Shown here one piece after another: positions 26,579 through 36,162 of a stretch of DNA of 53,635 nucleotides. The DNA comes from a virus. Positions within the stretch are counted from its first letter, which is position 1, and the number at the start of each line of letters is the position of its first letter. The position numbers were made by a program, and so were the translations under genes. The DNA lies in the UHGV virus genome UHGV-1680239; one strand, given 5' to 3'. The notes below the pieces were generated by a model, which saw only the letters and a list, made by a program, of their open reading frames with translations, was not told the origin of the DNA and searched no databases.

Positions 26579-27607
26579 ATGTCTAAGACATTACTTGATT
26601 TGCTTAACAAAACTCGTGAAGACATTGCCGCCAAACGTGGCAACAACGTTGATCTGACTCGCTTAAAAGACGGCGTCAACTATATCCGCATCTTCCCGAA
26701 TAAAGACGACCCAAACGGTAAGTTCTTCCAGACTTTCGGTATGCACTACGTTAAGTATCAGAACGAGGAAGGTAAAGAAGCAACCAACGCTTATATTTGT
26801 GAGCAACATACTCACGGTCGCGCTTGTCAGCTATGCGAAATGGTTATGGAAGGTCGCGCTCGTCACAAGGGTAACAAAGCAATGGAAGAACGCATCGGTC
26901 AAATGCGTGCCACTCCTCGCTACCTGGTCAACGGCATTCTTTCTGCTCGTGAGGATTTCGCAGATGCTGAGAAATGCCAGTTAATCGAGCTGCCGTCTAC
27001 TGTATTCGATGATATCTGCAAAGCAATCACCGAAGACATCGCTGATGATATCGGCAATCCACTGAGCAAAGAGGAAGGCTACGCATTCCTGATTAAACGT
27101 ACTGGCTCTGGTCGCGATACCAAATATGACGTCTCGCCTAAGCGTAAAGTCTACAAAGGCGATATCGAAGATAAATTCTGGAACACCCAGCATGATCTGA
27201 TCGCATACGCAAATCAGGCTGATGAAACTCGTCTTCTGTCGACAGTTCGCACTATGGGTCGTCTGATTGGCATCGCTGCACCAACTGCCGCAGCATCTGC
27301 ACCAGCAATTTCCTCAACCGCGAAAACATCGGCTGCGGCACTACCTGGATTTGGCTCTGTCACTGGTCATACGGAGGGTGCGACTGCTGTAGCAACCGCG
27401 CACACCCCAGCTTCTGAACCAACCAGTCTGGTTGATGAAGAAATCCTCCGTGCCGTTGAAACTGAATTTAAACCAGAAGCAAGTTCCGCTGCCGTTGCCG
27501 TATCAGTCAAAGAGTCTGAAGCAGTCGCAGCGACATCTGTAGCAGCCGCATCTGCGACGGAAGATGAAGGTCTGGATGACCTACTGAGAGAGCTGGACTC
27601 TCTGTAA
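26579..27607 (+). CDS. single-stranded DNA-binding protein, T4 gp32-like
   Basis: Zn-binding-like cluster CEQHTHGRACQLC, Ala/Ser/Thr-rich linker and acidic C-terminal tail EDEGLDDLLRELDSL. Confidence 0.7.
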   Translation: MSKTLLDLLNKTREDIAAKRGNNVDLTRLKDGVNYIRIFPNKDDPNGKFFQTFGMHYVKYQNEEGKEATNAYICEQHTHGRACQLCEMVMEGRARHKGNKAMEERIGQMRATPRYLVNGILSAREDFADAEKCQLIELPSTVFDDICKAITEDIADDIGNPLSKEEGYAFLIKRTGSGRDTKYDVSPKRKVYKGDIEDKFWNTQHDLIAYANQADETRLLSTVRTMGRLIGIAAPTAAASAPAISSTAKTSAAALPGFGSVTGHTEGATAVATAHTPASEPTSLVDEEILRAVETEFKPEASSAAVAVSVKESEAVAATSVAAASATEDEGLDDLLRELDSL

Positions 27608-27624
27608 TCCCATTACGTGACCAG

Positions 27625-27652
27625 TAAGGCGTCTACGGACGCCTTACTTTTT
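27625..27652 (+). terminator. rho-independent terminator
   Basis: GTAAGGCGTC-TACG-GACGCCTTAC then TTTTT; same stem family as the terminators at 31227 and 32364. Confidence 0.6.
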
Positions 27653-27667
27653 GGAAGGAATGTACCG

Positions 27668-28612
27668 GTGAATTATCTCTTCGTAGATGGCAATAGCCTT
27701 GGTTATTACCACCAACAATCTGACAAATTGCACAACGGCGAAATGGAAGTACAGGCTGCTTTCGGCTTTGTTAAGAACGTCCGTCGTTATGCCTCCATCC
27801 TCCATGCCCGACCTATGATTCTTTGGGATGGATTTAGTGACAAGCGTCGCGACTTTTACCCGGACTACAAAGCAAATCGCGACGACGATCCTGATATGAA
27901 AAAGATGAAGGAAGGCTTTGCTATCCAGAAGCCATACATCCTCAAAATGATGACCGCGCTTGGAGTTACCCAACTCATTGCAAAAGATGCAGAAGCGGAT
28001 GATCTGGCCGGGCTGCTGGTAGCCAGCATTGCACCGCAGCCAATCGTTGAACACATCTATCTGTTAACAGGCGATAGCGACTGGCTTCAGTTAGTTCGCG
28101 AAAACGTAAGCTGGGTAAGCCTGCGCGAAGACGCCAAAAACAAGCAGGTTAATTTTGAGCAATTTGCGGAGCTGACAGGATTCGCTACTCCTCGCGCATT
28201 TTTGGAAGCAAAAGCATTACAAGGCGATAAATCGGACAACATTAGCGGTGTTGGTGGCATTGGTGCTGGCGGTGCGAAAGAGCTGCTGCATGAATGGGGA
28301 AGTGTCGCAACGATGGTACGCGGCATCAACGACGGCTCAATCGTGGTTAATAAAGGGCGTCATAAGACCGCCTTCAACAAACTAGCGAAGAATGCCTTCA
28401 ACGAGAAAACAGGCTGTCGAATGCTCGAAGCGTTCAAGAGAAACATCACGCTAATGAACCTGATTGAGACGAAGTTTCCGCCTACCGAAATCGAAACAAT
28501 CAAAGGCAATCGTGACGTGAAAGCATTCGAGCAACTGTGCTACGAGCTGAATTTCCGTTCGTTCCTTGAAGATCTTGAAGTGTTTGTTCTTCCATTCGAA
28601 AGGTATTGCTAA
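27668..28612 (+). CDS. 5'-3' exonuclease / flap endonuclease (FEN, RNase H-like)
   Basis: N-terminal YLFVDGNSLGYY and H3TH-like GVGGIGAGGAKELL; GTG 27668 with GGAAGGA RBS is preferred because the track start 27617 lies in the terminator. Confidence 0.75.
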   Translation: MNYLFVDGNSLGYYHQQSDKLHNGEMEVQAAFGFVKNVRRYASILHARPMILWDGFSDKRRDFYPDYKANRDDDPDMKKMKEGFAIQKPYILKMMTALGVTQLIAKDAEADDLAGLLVASIAPQPIVEHIYLLTGDSDWLQLVRENVSWVSLREDAKNKQVNFEQFAELTGFATPRAFLEAKALQGDKSDNISGVGGIGAGGAKELLHEWGSVATMVRGINDGSIVVNKGRHKTAFNKLAKNAFNEKTGCRMLEAFKRNITLMNLIETKFPPTEIETIKGNRDVKAFEQLCYELNFRSFLEDLEVFVLPFERYC

Positions 28613-28878
28613 TGCTTAAATCGATTATCAATGGCGCTACAACCACCCCTGCCCAACTGGCAAAAGAGATTGTCTTTTATCACGGTGAGTACGCTGTCAT
28701 CGCACTGCCGTCAATTCTAGGCGCTGCCGGAATGAAAGCGACAGATCGCGAGTTTGGATTAGTCAGCGAGCAGGTCGTAAAAATCCTCGCTCGTGTATCC
28801 AGACTCCTTAATCACGATGCGATTGTATTCGACGAATCCGCCGCTTTAAAACGAATCAACGAAACAAAAGGAGCCTGA
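28606..28878 (+). CDS. hypothetical protein
   Basis: 90-aa ORF between the FEN and recombinase genes. Confidence 0.4.
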   Translation: MLMLKSIINGATTTPAQLAKEIVFYHGEYAVIALPSILGAAGMKATDREFGLVSEQVVKILARVSRLLNHDAIVFDESAALKRINETKGA

Positions 28879-28880
28879 TC

Positions 28881-31220
28881 ATGGCAAAAGGAAAATCCGC
28901 ACTGGCACTTGCTCTGAAAAAGAAAATCGGTAGCAACGACGAAATTCAGAAAGTAACTCATTGGATTGACACAGGCTTTCCTCCGTTAAACAAAGCTATT
29001 TCCGGTCGTTACGATGGCGGTTTCCCATGTGGTCGTATCGTCGAAGTATTCGGGCCGCCAAGCGCGGGGAAATGTGTTACCGCAGACACCATGCTGCTGA
29101 CGGAGCGTGGAATGGTAACAGTGAAAGAGTTGTTTGAGATTGAAGGGTACAAAGCGACATGCACTACTCGCGATGTAGAGCATAACGTTGGACTCATCAA
29201 TGAAAATGGCGTGATAGAGAAGACCTCACACCTGACATGGAACAACCGTCGCAAATTCAAGCGTATTAAGCTGGCATCAGGCGGTTATATCGAGGCTACG
29301 TTCCGTCACCCAATCCGTGTGGTTGACGACTTAGGTAATGTCGTCTGGCGACATGCTGAAAAAATCAGTGTAGGCGACACGATTCCTTCAATGGTTGGCA
29401 CACATCAATTCGGCGATCAGCACCTGGATGCCAATATCGCAAAACTGATGGGCTATTTAATTGCTGACGGATACGTGGCCTCTGAAAATTCAGTGAATTT
29501 TTCTAACACAGATCCTTTCATCAAGGATGAGTACTACCGCCTCATTTCGCTGGTATCAGACAAGATGCCAGTTACGAGAAAACATAACGGCTCGGAAGAC
29601 CATGTGCTGTTTAGCAAAGAGGTGCGTTCGCTGCTTTTTAAAGAATATGGTCTGGAGTATGAGAAAGCTGCTGGCAAGCAGGTTCCGTTGAGTGTGCGTC
29701 GCGCCAATAGCGAGGCTCAAATTGCATTCCTTCGCGGCTACTTTGAGCTGGAATGCCACGTCAATGATGGTCGCTGCATTGAGGTTGTGAGCGCGAGTGG
29801 GCTGCTGCTACAGCAAATTCGCCTCATGCTCCTGAATCTGGGGATTACGTCAACTGTCTCTGAAAAACACGTCGCGGGTTATGAAAATACATATTACCGG
29901 CTGTCATTCAGTGGCTCTAATTACGACCTTTTTCTGTCAACGATTGGTTTCGAATCTCCGGCACGTTTATCAGTGGCAACCAAACGGGACATTGGTTTTG
30001 ACCGCACTTACTCAGGCTATGTTCCGCACATCAGCGGCTTAGTGAAATCACTCTACGAGTCGCTCACCAAGACCACCCGTGAAGACTACGCTCTGGTAGA
30101 CCACGTTATTGGCCGCGGCGATCGTGTCGGAATAGACAAACTGCGAGAAATCTATGTCTCCTTCATTGGCAGAAAGAATCGTTTTAACGAGCATCTGTTT
30201 GCAGAACTGGCAGCGGTAATTGGCTCTAACTTGTTCTACGACGAAGTCGTGGCTATTGAGGAAGGTGAAGCACCAACGTTCGACGTAGCGATGCCGGAAA
30301 CACACTCTTTCTGGTCTAACGGGATTATCAGCCACAACACATTCCTTGCAACAGCAGCAATGATCTCCGCACAGAAACAAGATGGTCTGGCGGTATTCCT
30401 CGATCATGAGAACAGTTTTGACGTTGGCCTGGCTGTAGCCAATGGCCTGAACGCAGATGAGGATGACGGTCAGTGGGTATACAAGCAGCCAGATACCTTC
30501 GAAGACTCTGTAGAGTTGATCGGCACAATACTTAAATTGGTTCGTGATGAAGAGCTTATCCCCGAATCAGCACCTATCTGTATCGTGGCTGACTCTCTTG
30601 CGTCTATGGTTCCGAACTCCAAAGCCGAGAAGTTCGAAAAGATGGCTGAAGGCACTGCCAAAGACAAAGATCAGCTAAACATGAACGACAATACGGCACT
30701 GGCTCGTGCGACGAGTGCGAACTTCCCTACTCTGGCTTTGTGGGCACGCAAATACAACGCCTGCATCATCTTCTTGAATCAGGTTCGCACAAAAATCGGT
30801 GTAATGTTTGGCGACCCTACTACGTCGCCAGGTGGAGATTCACCGAAGTTCTACGCTTCTGTACGTATCCGTCTTGGTGCATCGGTGATGAAGGATGGTA
30901 AAGAGAAGATCGGCCAGGACGTAGGCGCAGAATGCATCAAAAACAAAGTTGCACCACCGTATGGCAAATGCACCTGGAAATTCTACTTCGATCCTACTCG
31001 TGGCCTCGACGTTATCGAATCGCTCGTCGAGTACATGCTGGAAGAAGGATACCTGCCAAAGAACGCCAGCGGGCGAGTTGAAATTGGTGACAAGAAATAC
31101 ACCAAATCGCAGATCGTCGAGATGTATCGGGAGAAGCCACTGGCTGAAATCATTGCGGCTTTGCAGGCAATCGACGACCGAAGAGCAAAAGACAACCCCA
31201 CCGAGTCAGTAGAAGAGTAA
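28881..31220 (+). CDS. RecA/UvsX-like recombinase precursor interrupted by an intein
   Basis: Exteins join as GPPSAGK|TFLATAA...; RecA-like FLNQVRTKIGVMFGDPTTSPGGDSPKFYASVRIRLG; 779 aa total, about 357 aa without the intein. Confidence 0.8.
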   Translation: MAKGKSALALALKKKIGSNDEIQKVTHWIDTGFPPLNKAISGRYDGGFPCGRIVEVFGPPSAGKCVTADTMLLTERGMVTVKELFEIEGYKATCTTRDVEHNVGLINENGVIEKTSHLTWNNRRKFKRIKLASGGYIEATFRHPIRVVDDLGNVVWRHAEKISVGDTIPSMVGTHQFGDQHLDANIAKLMGYLIADGYVASENSVNFSNTDPFIKDEYYRLISLVSDKMPVTRKHNGSEDHVLFSKEVRSLLFKEYGLEYEKAAGKQVPLSVRRANSEAQIAFLRGYFELECHVNDGRCIEVVSASGLLLQQIRLMLLNLGITSTVSEKHVAGYENTYYRLSFSGSNYDLFLSTIGFESPARLSVATKRDIGFDRTYSGYVPHISGLVKSLYESLTKTTREDYALVDHVIGRGDRVGIDKLREIYVSFIGRKNRFNEHLFAELAAVIGSNLFYDEVVAIEEGEAPTFDVAMPETHSFWSNGIISHNTFLATAAMISAQKQDGLAVFLDHENSFDVGLAVANGLNADEDDGQWVYKQPDTFEDSVELIGTILKLVRDEELIPESAPICIVADSLASMVPNSKAEKFEKMAEGTAKDKDQLNMNDNTALARATSANFPTLALWARKYNACIIFLNQVRTKIGVMFGDPTTSPGGDSPKFYASVRIRLGASVMKDGKEKIGQDVGAECIKNKVAPPYGKCTWKFYFDPTRGLDVIESLVEYMLEEGYLPKNASGRVEIGDKKYTKSQIVEMYREKPLAEIIAALQAIDDRRAKDNPTESVEE
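29073..30338 (+). mobile_element. intein (422 aa) with LAGLIDADG homing-endonuclease domain, inserted in the P-loop
   Basis: Begins with Cys after GPPSAGK, ends ...IISHN followed by Thr; LAGLIDADG-like blocks KLMGYLIADGY and FLRGYFELECHV. Confidence 0.75.
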
Positions 31221-31226
31221 ACACAA

Positions 31227-31249
31227 GGCGTCCACAGGACGCCTTTTTT
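31227..31249 (+). terminator. rho-independent terminator
   Basis: GGCGTCC-ACA-GGACGCC followed by TTTTTT. Confidence 0.65.
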
Positions 31250-31312
31250 ATCTCTTGAAAATATATAAGCACTTACTTATTATTTTCGCATAACAACCAC
31301 ATAGGAAAACAC

Positions 31313-31513
31313 ATGATCAAAATCTATCTATTGGCAGTAGCCACAGGCCTTTCAGTGGCTCTCATCTACGGTTTACTGGTTCCGTCGCTGATTTCTACCA
31401 AGAGTGATTTAGCCGTCATGTTTGGAGTTATCGTTGGTTTTGGTGCTCCTGTAATCGGTCTTATTGCTGGTCGTAAGTTTATCAACTCATTAATCAAAGC
31501 AAAGGGGAAATAA
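31313..31513 (+). CDS. small two-TM membrane protein (NfeD-like partner candidate)
   Basis: 66 aa, two hydrophobic helices; 3 nt upstream of the SPFH gene. Confidence 0.45.
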   Translation: MIKIYLLAVATGLSVALIYGLLVPSLISTKSDLAVMFGVIVGFGAPVIGLIAGRKFINSLIKAKGK

Positions 31514-31516
31514 GTA

Positions 31517-32347
31517 ATGAAGAAAGGTTTACTTGCAGTTGCTCTGGCGGCTATTTGCACAATGGGTCTTACTGGCTGCGATCGCGTGGAGCCTGGATAC
31601 GTTGGCATCAAAGTAAACAAATTAGGTGAAGACAAAGGGATTGGTGAAGTGGTTGGCGTTGGTCGCCAATGGACAGGTCTTAACACCGAACTTTACGTAT
31701 TCCCGACCTTCAAACAAATGAAGACCTACGACGAGCCGTTCACATTCCAGATGAGTGACGGTACTGCTATTGGTCACAAAATTGGCGTTGCGTATCTGGT
31801 TAATCGTGACAAGGTAACGACGGTGTTCCAGACCTATCGCAAAGGCGTAGACGATATCACCGAATCAGATCTGCGTCAGAAAATTGCCGACTCTCTAAAC
31901 CGTTTGGCCAGCCGTATGACCACTGACTCATTTATCGACGGTGGTAAGGCACAATTGCTGGACAACGCACTGAAAGATATTCAGAAAGAGATGTCTCCGG
32001 TTGGTATTGAGGTACTGAGCCTGTCATGGGTTGGAAAGCCTGATTACCCAAAAACTGTCATTGAATCTATTAACGCCAAAGTAACGGCTAACCAGCGTAC
32101 TCTGCAACGTCAGCAGGAAGTAGAACAACGTAAAGCTGAGGCGAATATGCTGCGTGAACAGGCTAATGGTGAAGCTGATGCTATCCGTGCTCGTGCGCAG
32201 GCAGAAGCAGATGCCATTCGTCTGCGCGGTGAAGCTCTGCGTCAAAACCCGAACGTTATGGAACTGGAAGCCATCAATAAATGGAATGGCCAGTTACCGC
32301 AGTACATGACTCAAGGGGCTAACACTCCTTTCATTACAGTGAAATAA
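31517..32347 (+). CDS. SPFH/band-7 (stomatin/prohibitin-like) domain lipoprotein
   Basis: Signal peptide with lipobox LTG-C; SPFH-like core then Ala/Glu/Arg-rich coiled-coil (AEANMLREQANGEADAIRARAQAEADAIRLRGEA). Confidence 0.65.
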   Translation: MKKGLLAVALAAICTMGLTGCDRVEPGYVGIKVNKLGEDKGIGEVVGVGRQWTGLNTELYVFPTFKQMKTYDEPFTFQMSDGTAIGHKIGVAYLVNRDKVTTVFQTYRKGVDDITESDLRQKIADSLNRLASRMTTDSFIDGGKAQLLDNALKDIQKEMSPVGIEVLSLSWVGKPDYPKTVIESINAKVTANQRTLQRQQEVEQRKAEANMLREQANGEADAIRARAQAEADAIRLRGEALRQNPNVMELEAINKWNGQLPQYMTQGANTPFITVK

Positions 32348-32363
32348 CTCCCCTAAAAAGTTC

Positions 32364-32388
32364 AGGCGTCCAGTTGGACGCCTTTTTT
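32364..32388 (+). terminator. rho-independent terminator
   Basis: AGGCGTCC-AGTT-GGACGCCT followed by TTTTTT. Confidence 0.65.
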
Positions 32389-32438
32389 ATCGCAATTATC
32401 TTATTAAGAAAACAATTTGTTTAAAAGGATAAGAAAAC

Positions 32439-32864
32439 ATGACAGCTATTAAGAAACTCTACGATGCCGCAAACGTGGCTCTGGATGTTATTGATGATGA
32501 AGTAGCAAAAGGCTTTCCTGAACCTGATTGGGCGCATCAGCTACGAAACGCTATCGCAGAAATGACCCCACCAGATCCAACCCCCGACGAGACAGACTGG
32601 CAGCGATTCATCCGTATGTACGCTCAGGAAATAGGTCCAACGCCAACGGCAGAGCAGGCAATGCTGCTGAAATACTTCAAAGAGGCGGGAGAGGATTTAC
32701 CAATTGATGACTCAGCATATTGGTTCCACTGCGCATGGCGTAAGTATGACGTGATATTCACACAAGGCATGGGAAGCAAAGATATGGTTGTGTGGCATCT
32801 ACTCCATATAGACACAGCCGTTGACAGAGTTATTGAACAGTTTTTCCCTAAACAAGAAGATTGA
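32439..32864 (+). CDS. hypothetical protein
   Basis: 141-aa ORF preceded by the conserved GAAAACAATTTGTTTAAAA leader motif and RBS. Confidence 0.5.
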   Translation: MTAIKKLYDAANVALDVIDDEVAKGFPEPDWAHQLRNAIAEMTPPDPTPDETDWQRFIRMYAQEIGPTPTAEQAMLLKYFKEAGEDLPIDDSAYWFHCAWRKYDVIFTQGMGSKDMVVWHLLHIDTAVDRVIEQFFPKQED

Positions 32865-32919
32865 TCGCCTATTCATAACTAACAAAATAAGTAAACACTA
32901 ACCACAAAAGGAAAAACAC

Positions 32920-33195
32920 ATGAGAGTTTTAGTTCGAATCGTTACCAGCACTGTCTATGACGTGTTTCCGCTTTTTATGGTCAAAGCCGATGGCCTTAAC
33001 GACGAAGAAACTGACGCGCTGATCCAGCGTATTCTCGTTGAATATACAGGTCATGACGCTGATTCAGTGATGGTTGATGATGATGGTGTTTGTTGGCATA
33101 ACGGCAACTGTTGGTACGTAGAAGAGACTCAACAAATCAGTGATGAAGATGCCGCACATCTTGAGCGTATTTTAAGCATCAGCACTTTTGAGTGA
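32920..33195 (+). CDS. hypothetical acidic protein
   Basis: 91-aa ORF with the conserved AAAGGAAAAACACATG start context. Confidence 0.45.
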   Translation: MRVLVRIVTSTVYDVFPLFMVKADGLNDEETDALIQRILVEYTGHDADSVMVDDDGVCWHNGNCWYVEETQQISDEDAAHLERILSISTFE

Positions 33196-33234
33196 GTTTA
33201 CAGTAAAATTTATATAAGTTAGTATCTACCTATC

Positions 33235-33414
33235 ATGAAGATTTTTATTGAATACTTGTTACTCATCGTGTCAATAGCTTTTGTCATCGACTGCATTTTC
33301 ACTGGTGTCATTCGTAAAGTCTTTTCCCCGGTGAACGACGTAGTCATAAACGCTTTGGCTATCGTGCTCGTATTTAATTCAGCATTTGATGTAATCAAAG
33401 AGGTGGCAGCATGA
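33235..33414 (+). CDS. small membrane protein (59 aa), not in the ORF track
   Basis: ATG 33235; two hydrophobic helices; stop overlaps the next ATG (33411). Confidence 0.3.
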   Translation: MKIFIEYLLLIVSIAFVIDCIFTGVIRKVFSPVNDVVINALAIVLVFNSAFDVIKEVAA

Positions 33415-33746
33415 AGGCCATCCCATTCGCGCTGTTGTTCCTTTCTTCGATCGTTGTGGCCGACACCACTGTTTATCAGTGTGAAATGTCTGTAGCCGAC
33501 GTTAAGAATGGCGCTCTTACCGACGTCATAAAAGCACCATATGGAGCGATGGTCGTAGACAGCGGCGACCAGTTCTATGTTGTGCGTGACGATCGAGTGT
33601 TGTCATCCCCATATCTCACAAATCGTAATGGCAAATTAACCGGCGTCGGAGAAGACCACTTCGTATACAACAAATACAAGGGCTTCTATGGCGTTCACGC
33701 TTCTCAGCAAAGCTACCTTTTCGATGACTGCAAGGAGGTTGGATAA
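33411..33746 (+). CDS. secreted/periplasmic hypothetical protein
   Basis: N-terminal signal peptide MKAIPFALLFLSSIVVA; 111 aa. Confidence 0.5.
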   Translation: MKAIPFALLFLSSIVVADTTVYQCEMSVADVKNGALTDVIKAPYGAMVVDSGDQFYVVRDDRVLSSPYLTNRNGKLTGVGEDHFVYNKYKGFYGVHASQQSYLFDDCKEVG

Positions 33747-33958
33747 TGGCATTAACACTGGCAGGTCTGGAAATCGAGAAAACAAGCGGCTACTGGCGTG
33801 CTAAGGGTTTCAAGCAGCCTGGCATTCTTGAGCGTCTGGAACGTGAAGATGGGTATATCGTCCACCAGCGGCGTGAATGGCGTATGTACGATCCAGAAAC
33901 AGGAAAACTGACTACAAAAGCCGGAACACTTTGGGGTCTGTTGAAGAAAATACACTAA
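33746..33958 (+). CDS. hypothetical protein
   Basis: 70-aa ORF coupled to the upstream gene (ATAATG overlap). Confidence 0.4.
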   Translation: MALTLAGLEIEKTSGYWRAKGFKQPGILERLEREDGYIVHQRREWRMYDPETGKLTTKAGTLWGLLKKIH

Positions 33959-33965
33959 TAGCACC

Positions 33966-34449
33966 AACCACTGCGGTGAGTAGTCTGCTCACCGCATTCG
34001 TATCCAGCTCATTATCCACTGTAGTCAGTAACAAAACCTTCCTACATATCTGCTAACCACTGTAGCGAGTAGACAGCCTTTCATTCGCATCAAACAACCA
34101 CTATGGTGAGTATTGGAGTGAGATGTCCAGCGGGTATCCACTATGGTGAGTAAGCCTTTGCTGTTTTCAGTGGATATCCACTCGCCACAGTGGATACGCT
34201 CAAAGATGAGGGCGACAACAACCACTATAGACAGTAAATTTTCCAAGATACCCAGTGACCACTAACCTCGCAGCCCTTGTTTCATCAGTGTTAGTGATCA
34301 CTAACATTTAATTCAGTATTTGCATTCTACTGCCTACAGTGGTTATCAACAGATAACGATACTCACTATAGTGGATAGCGAATTACAGATATAAGTAAGG
34401 CTCACTACAGTGGATAGTGAGCCTTACTACTAACTACAGTGGTTGGGCT
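33966..34449. repeat. iteron field downstream of repA (incA-like), about 10 copies in both orientations
   Basis: Repeated units such as AACCACTGCGGTGAGTAG, TATCCACTGTAGTCAGTAAC, AACCACTATGGTGAGTAT and their complements (CTACAGTGGATAG). Confidence 0.7.
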
Positions 34450-35503
34450 ATTTGCGAGTCTTTGCCTTGCGCAACTCTTCGAGAAGCGCCAGTTCTTCTT
34501 TACTCAACATGACCATTTTGCCTTCTTTTTCGTCAGGCACAACGTCGATAATGTCATCTTGATTCTCATCTGGGAGGCTATATTCCGTCTCATCATTATC
34601 GATTTTTGTTGATATTTGTGCCTGGCGTAACTTTGGCCGCCTATAGTGGATGACGAAGTAGACCGAGTTTCCGCGCTTAACTTCCGTGTAATCGAGATAT
34701 CCTATCTCTCGCAGCTGTTCCATAGCCTTTCTTACCGTCGCATTCTGAGTAATAGTGCGACTTGTTAGATTAAGTCTGGCGCGTAAACGGGCTAGTGATA
34801 TTGGTGCCGGATCAGGCGGCAAACTTTCAATAAAAGTATAAAGCGCCTGAGCGGATTCTTTTCTTGAGAGTTCGTTTATAGCCCGGAGTTGCAGAAGAAC
34901 CTTTTTGTCGAACTGGTAGAGTTCGAAAATCTTGGGATCTGCTTTCAGTTCGACCGTATCGTGCTTGACACTATATTTTGCCGTTTGCACAAGATGCGTT
35001 ACGTAAAACTCATCAGAGCCTTTGCTACGGAACGAGATGGTATTTGTGGCAATACGGCTTAGCGAACTGTCCAGGCGTTTGCGTAACTTCGCTGATGACC
35101 TGGCGGTCGGAATGCCACACAGCCTTACAAACTCAACGAACGGCAACGTGACAGTATCGCCAACGACCTTGTGTTTGGCAAACGCGTGGATTATTCCCAC
35201 CCACGTTTTAAAGTCGTTATCCATATCAAGCCGAAGGCCAGAGATCCTTATGTCTTCGTACCCTTCGGCTTTTGCCAGAGACAGCTGTTTGAGTTCAGCA
35301 GAGGCATCCATAGAGACCATTTGCCCCTTTCTTCCTCTGGATGTCGATTTCAGCGTCGGAACGAAGAGGCCCAGACGCATCAAAGCAACAGGCTGAACAG
35401 TGTTATTAGTGTTAGGAACCAACATAACAACTTCGCCTGTCTTTTTATCTGTTTCTGAAAATGCTTCAACGATCGCTATGTTTTTATTGCCGTTTTCGCT
35501 CAT
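34448..35503 (-). CDS. repA: iteron-binding plasmid replication initiator RepA (P1/RepFIB-like)
   Basis: 351 aa; [16 protein letters not shown] ... [25 protein letters not shown] resemble P1 RepA as I recall it; gene flanked on both sides by iterons. Confidence 0.75.
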   Translation of the reverse strand: MSENGNKNIAIVEAFSETDKKTGEVVMLVPNTNNTVQPVALMRLGLFVPTLKSTSRGRKGQMVSMDASAELKQLSLAKAEGYEDIRISGLRLDMDNDFKTWVGIIHAFAKHKVVGDTVTLPFVEFVRLCGIPTARSSAKLRKRLDSSLSRIATNTISFRSKGSDEFYVTHLVQTAKYSVKHDTVELKADPKIFELYQFDKKVLLQLRAINELSRKESAQALYTFIESLPPDPAPISLARLRARLNLTSRTITQNATVRKAMEQLREIGYLDYTEVKRGNSVYFVIHYRRPKLRQAQISTKIDNDETEYSLPDENQDDIIDVVPDEKEGKMVMLSKEELALLEELRKAKTRK

Positions 35504-35548
35504 TCCAAATGTCTCTTGTTATTCGACGGCTTTGGTGGCCTTTGCTGA

Positions 35549-35670
35549 TTACAGTGGATAGTAGCACTCATCACAGCGGTTATCCTACCGTCTATAGTGG
35601 TTTTTCTCCTCTCTATAGTGGTTGCTTTGCTCCCTATAGTGGATTATTCGCTCTCTATAGTGGATATCGA
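35549..35670. repeat. iteron array upstream of repA (incC-like), about 6 direct repeats with 21-bp register
   Basis: TATAGTGG cores at 35594, 35614, 35635 and 35656 (spacing 20-21 bp) plus two degenerate copies. Confidence 0.7.
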
Positions 35671-35699
35671 TCATGTCTGAAGGCAGATGGCACAACGGT

Positions 35700-35790
35700 T
35701 TGAGGTGGGCGGGGATCTTATTGGGTCTTTATGGGTCTCTTTGGTTCTCTTTGTGATCTGAATTACTGGATCGGGCCTGTGGATAAAAAT
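35700..35790. promoter_or_regulatory. GATC cluster with consensus DnaA box (origin-like segment 1)
   Basis: GATC at about 35714, 35755 and 35769; TGTGGATAA (complement TTATCCACA) at 35778-35786; AT-rich stretch and two 8/9 DnaA boxes follow to about 35930. Confidence 0.5.
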
Positions 35791-35946
35791 CAGAGGATTT
35801 CAAGAACAGGTAACTCTACTCTTCTGTGGATATTTAAGGACATAAGAATCATGACTAAGAGTAGAGTTTAAAATATATCTATGTATATCAGTATGTTAAT
35901 GAAGAATTAAGTCATTAAGTTATCCATAAAAGACAATGTGCTCTAC

Positions 35947-36050
35947 TCTCTACAGTGGATATATACAGCTCTCCAGAGTGGTTGTTTTACTCTTCATAGC
36001 GGTTATTCAGCTCTCTACAGAGGTTTCTTTGCTCTCCATAGTGGATGGCA
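35947..36050. repeat. second iteron array (5 repeats, 21-bp spacing)
   Basis: CTCTCTACAGTGGAT, CTCTCCAGAGTGGTT, TCTTCATAGCGGTT, CTCTCTACAGAGGTT, CTCTCCATAGTGGAT. Confidence 0.65.
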
Positions 36051-36085
36051 ACACCCTTTCAGACCAGTAACCGCAACGGCTAGAG

Positions 36086-36162
36086 GCGATCGGGGATCTC
36101 TTTGGATCTTCTATTTGATCTTACTTGGGATCTCTTATTTGGATCTATCCAGTGGATAACTG
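36086..36162. promoter_or_regulatory. six closely spaced GATC sites plus DnaA-box-like site (origin-like segment 2, P1 oriR-like)
   Basis: GATC at about 36088, 36095, 36105, 36117, 36129 and 36142 (roughly 7-13 bp apart); CCAGTGGATAAC (complement TTATCCACT) at 36149-36160. Confidence 0.55.

Noticed and set aside
35461-36159. Track ORFs 35461..35703 (+) and 35938..36159 (+)
   Set aside because: Both run through the iteron arrays, GATC clusters and DnaA boxes of the origin; their repetitive low-complexity translations are artefacts of the DNA repeats.
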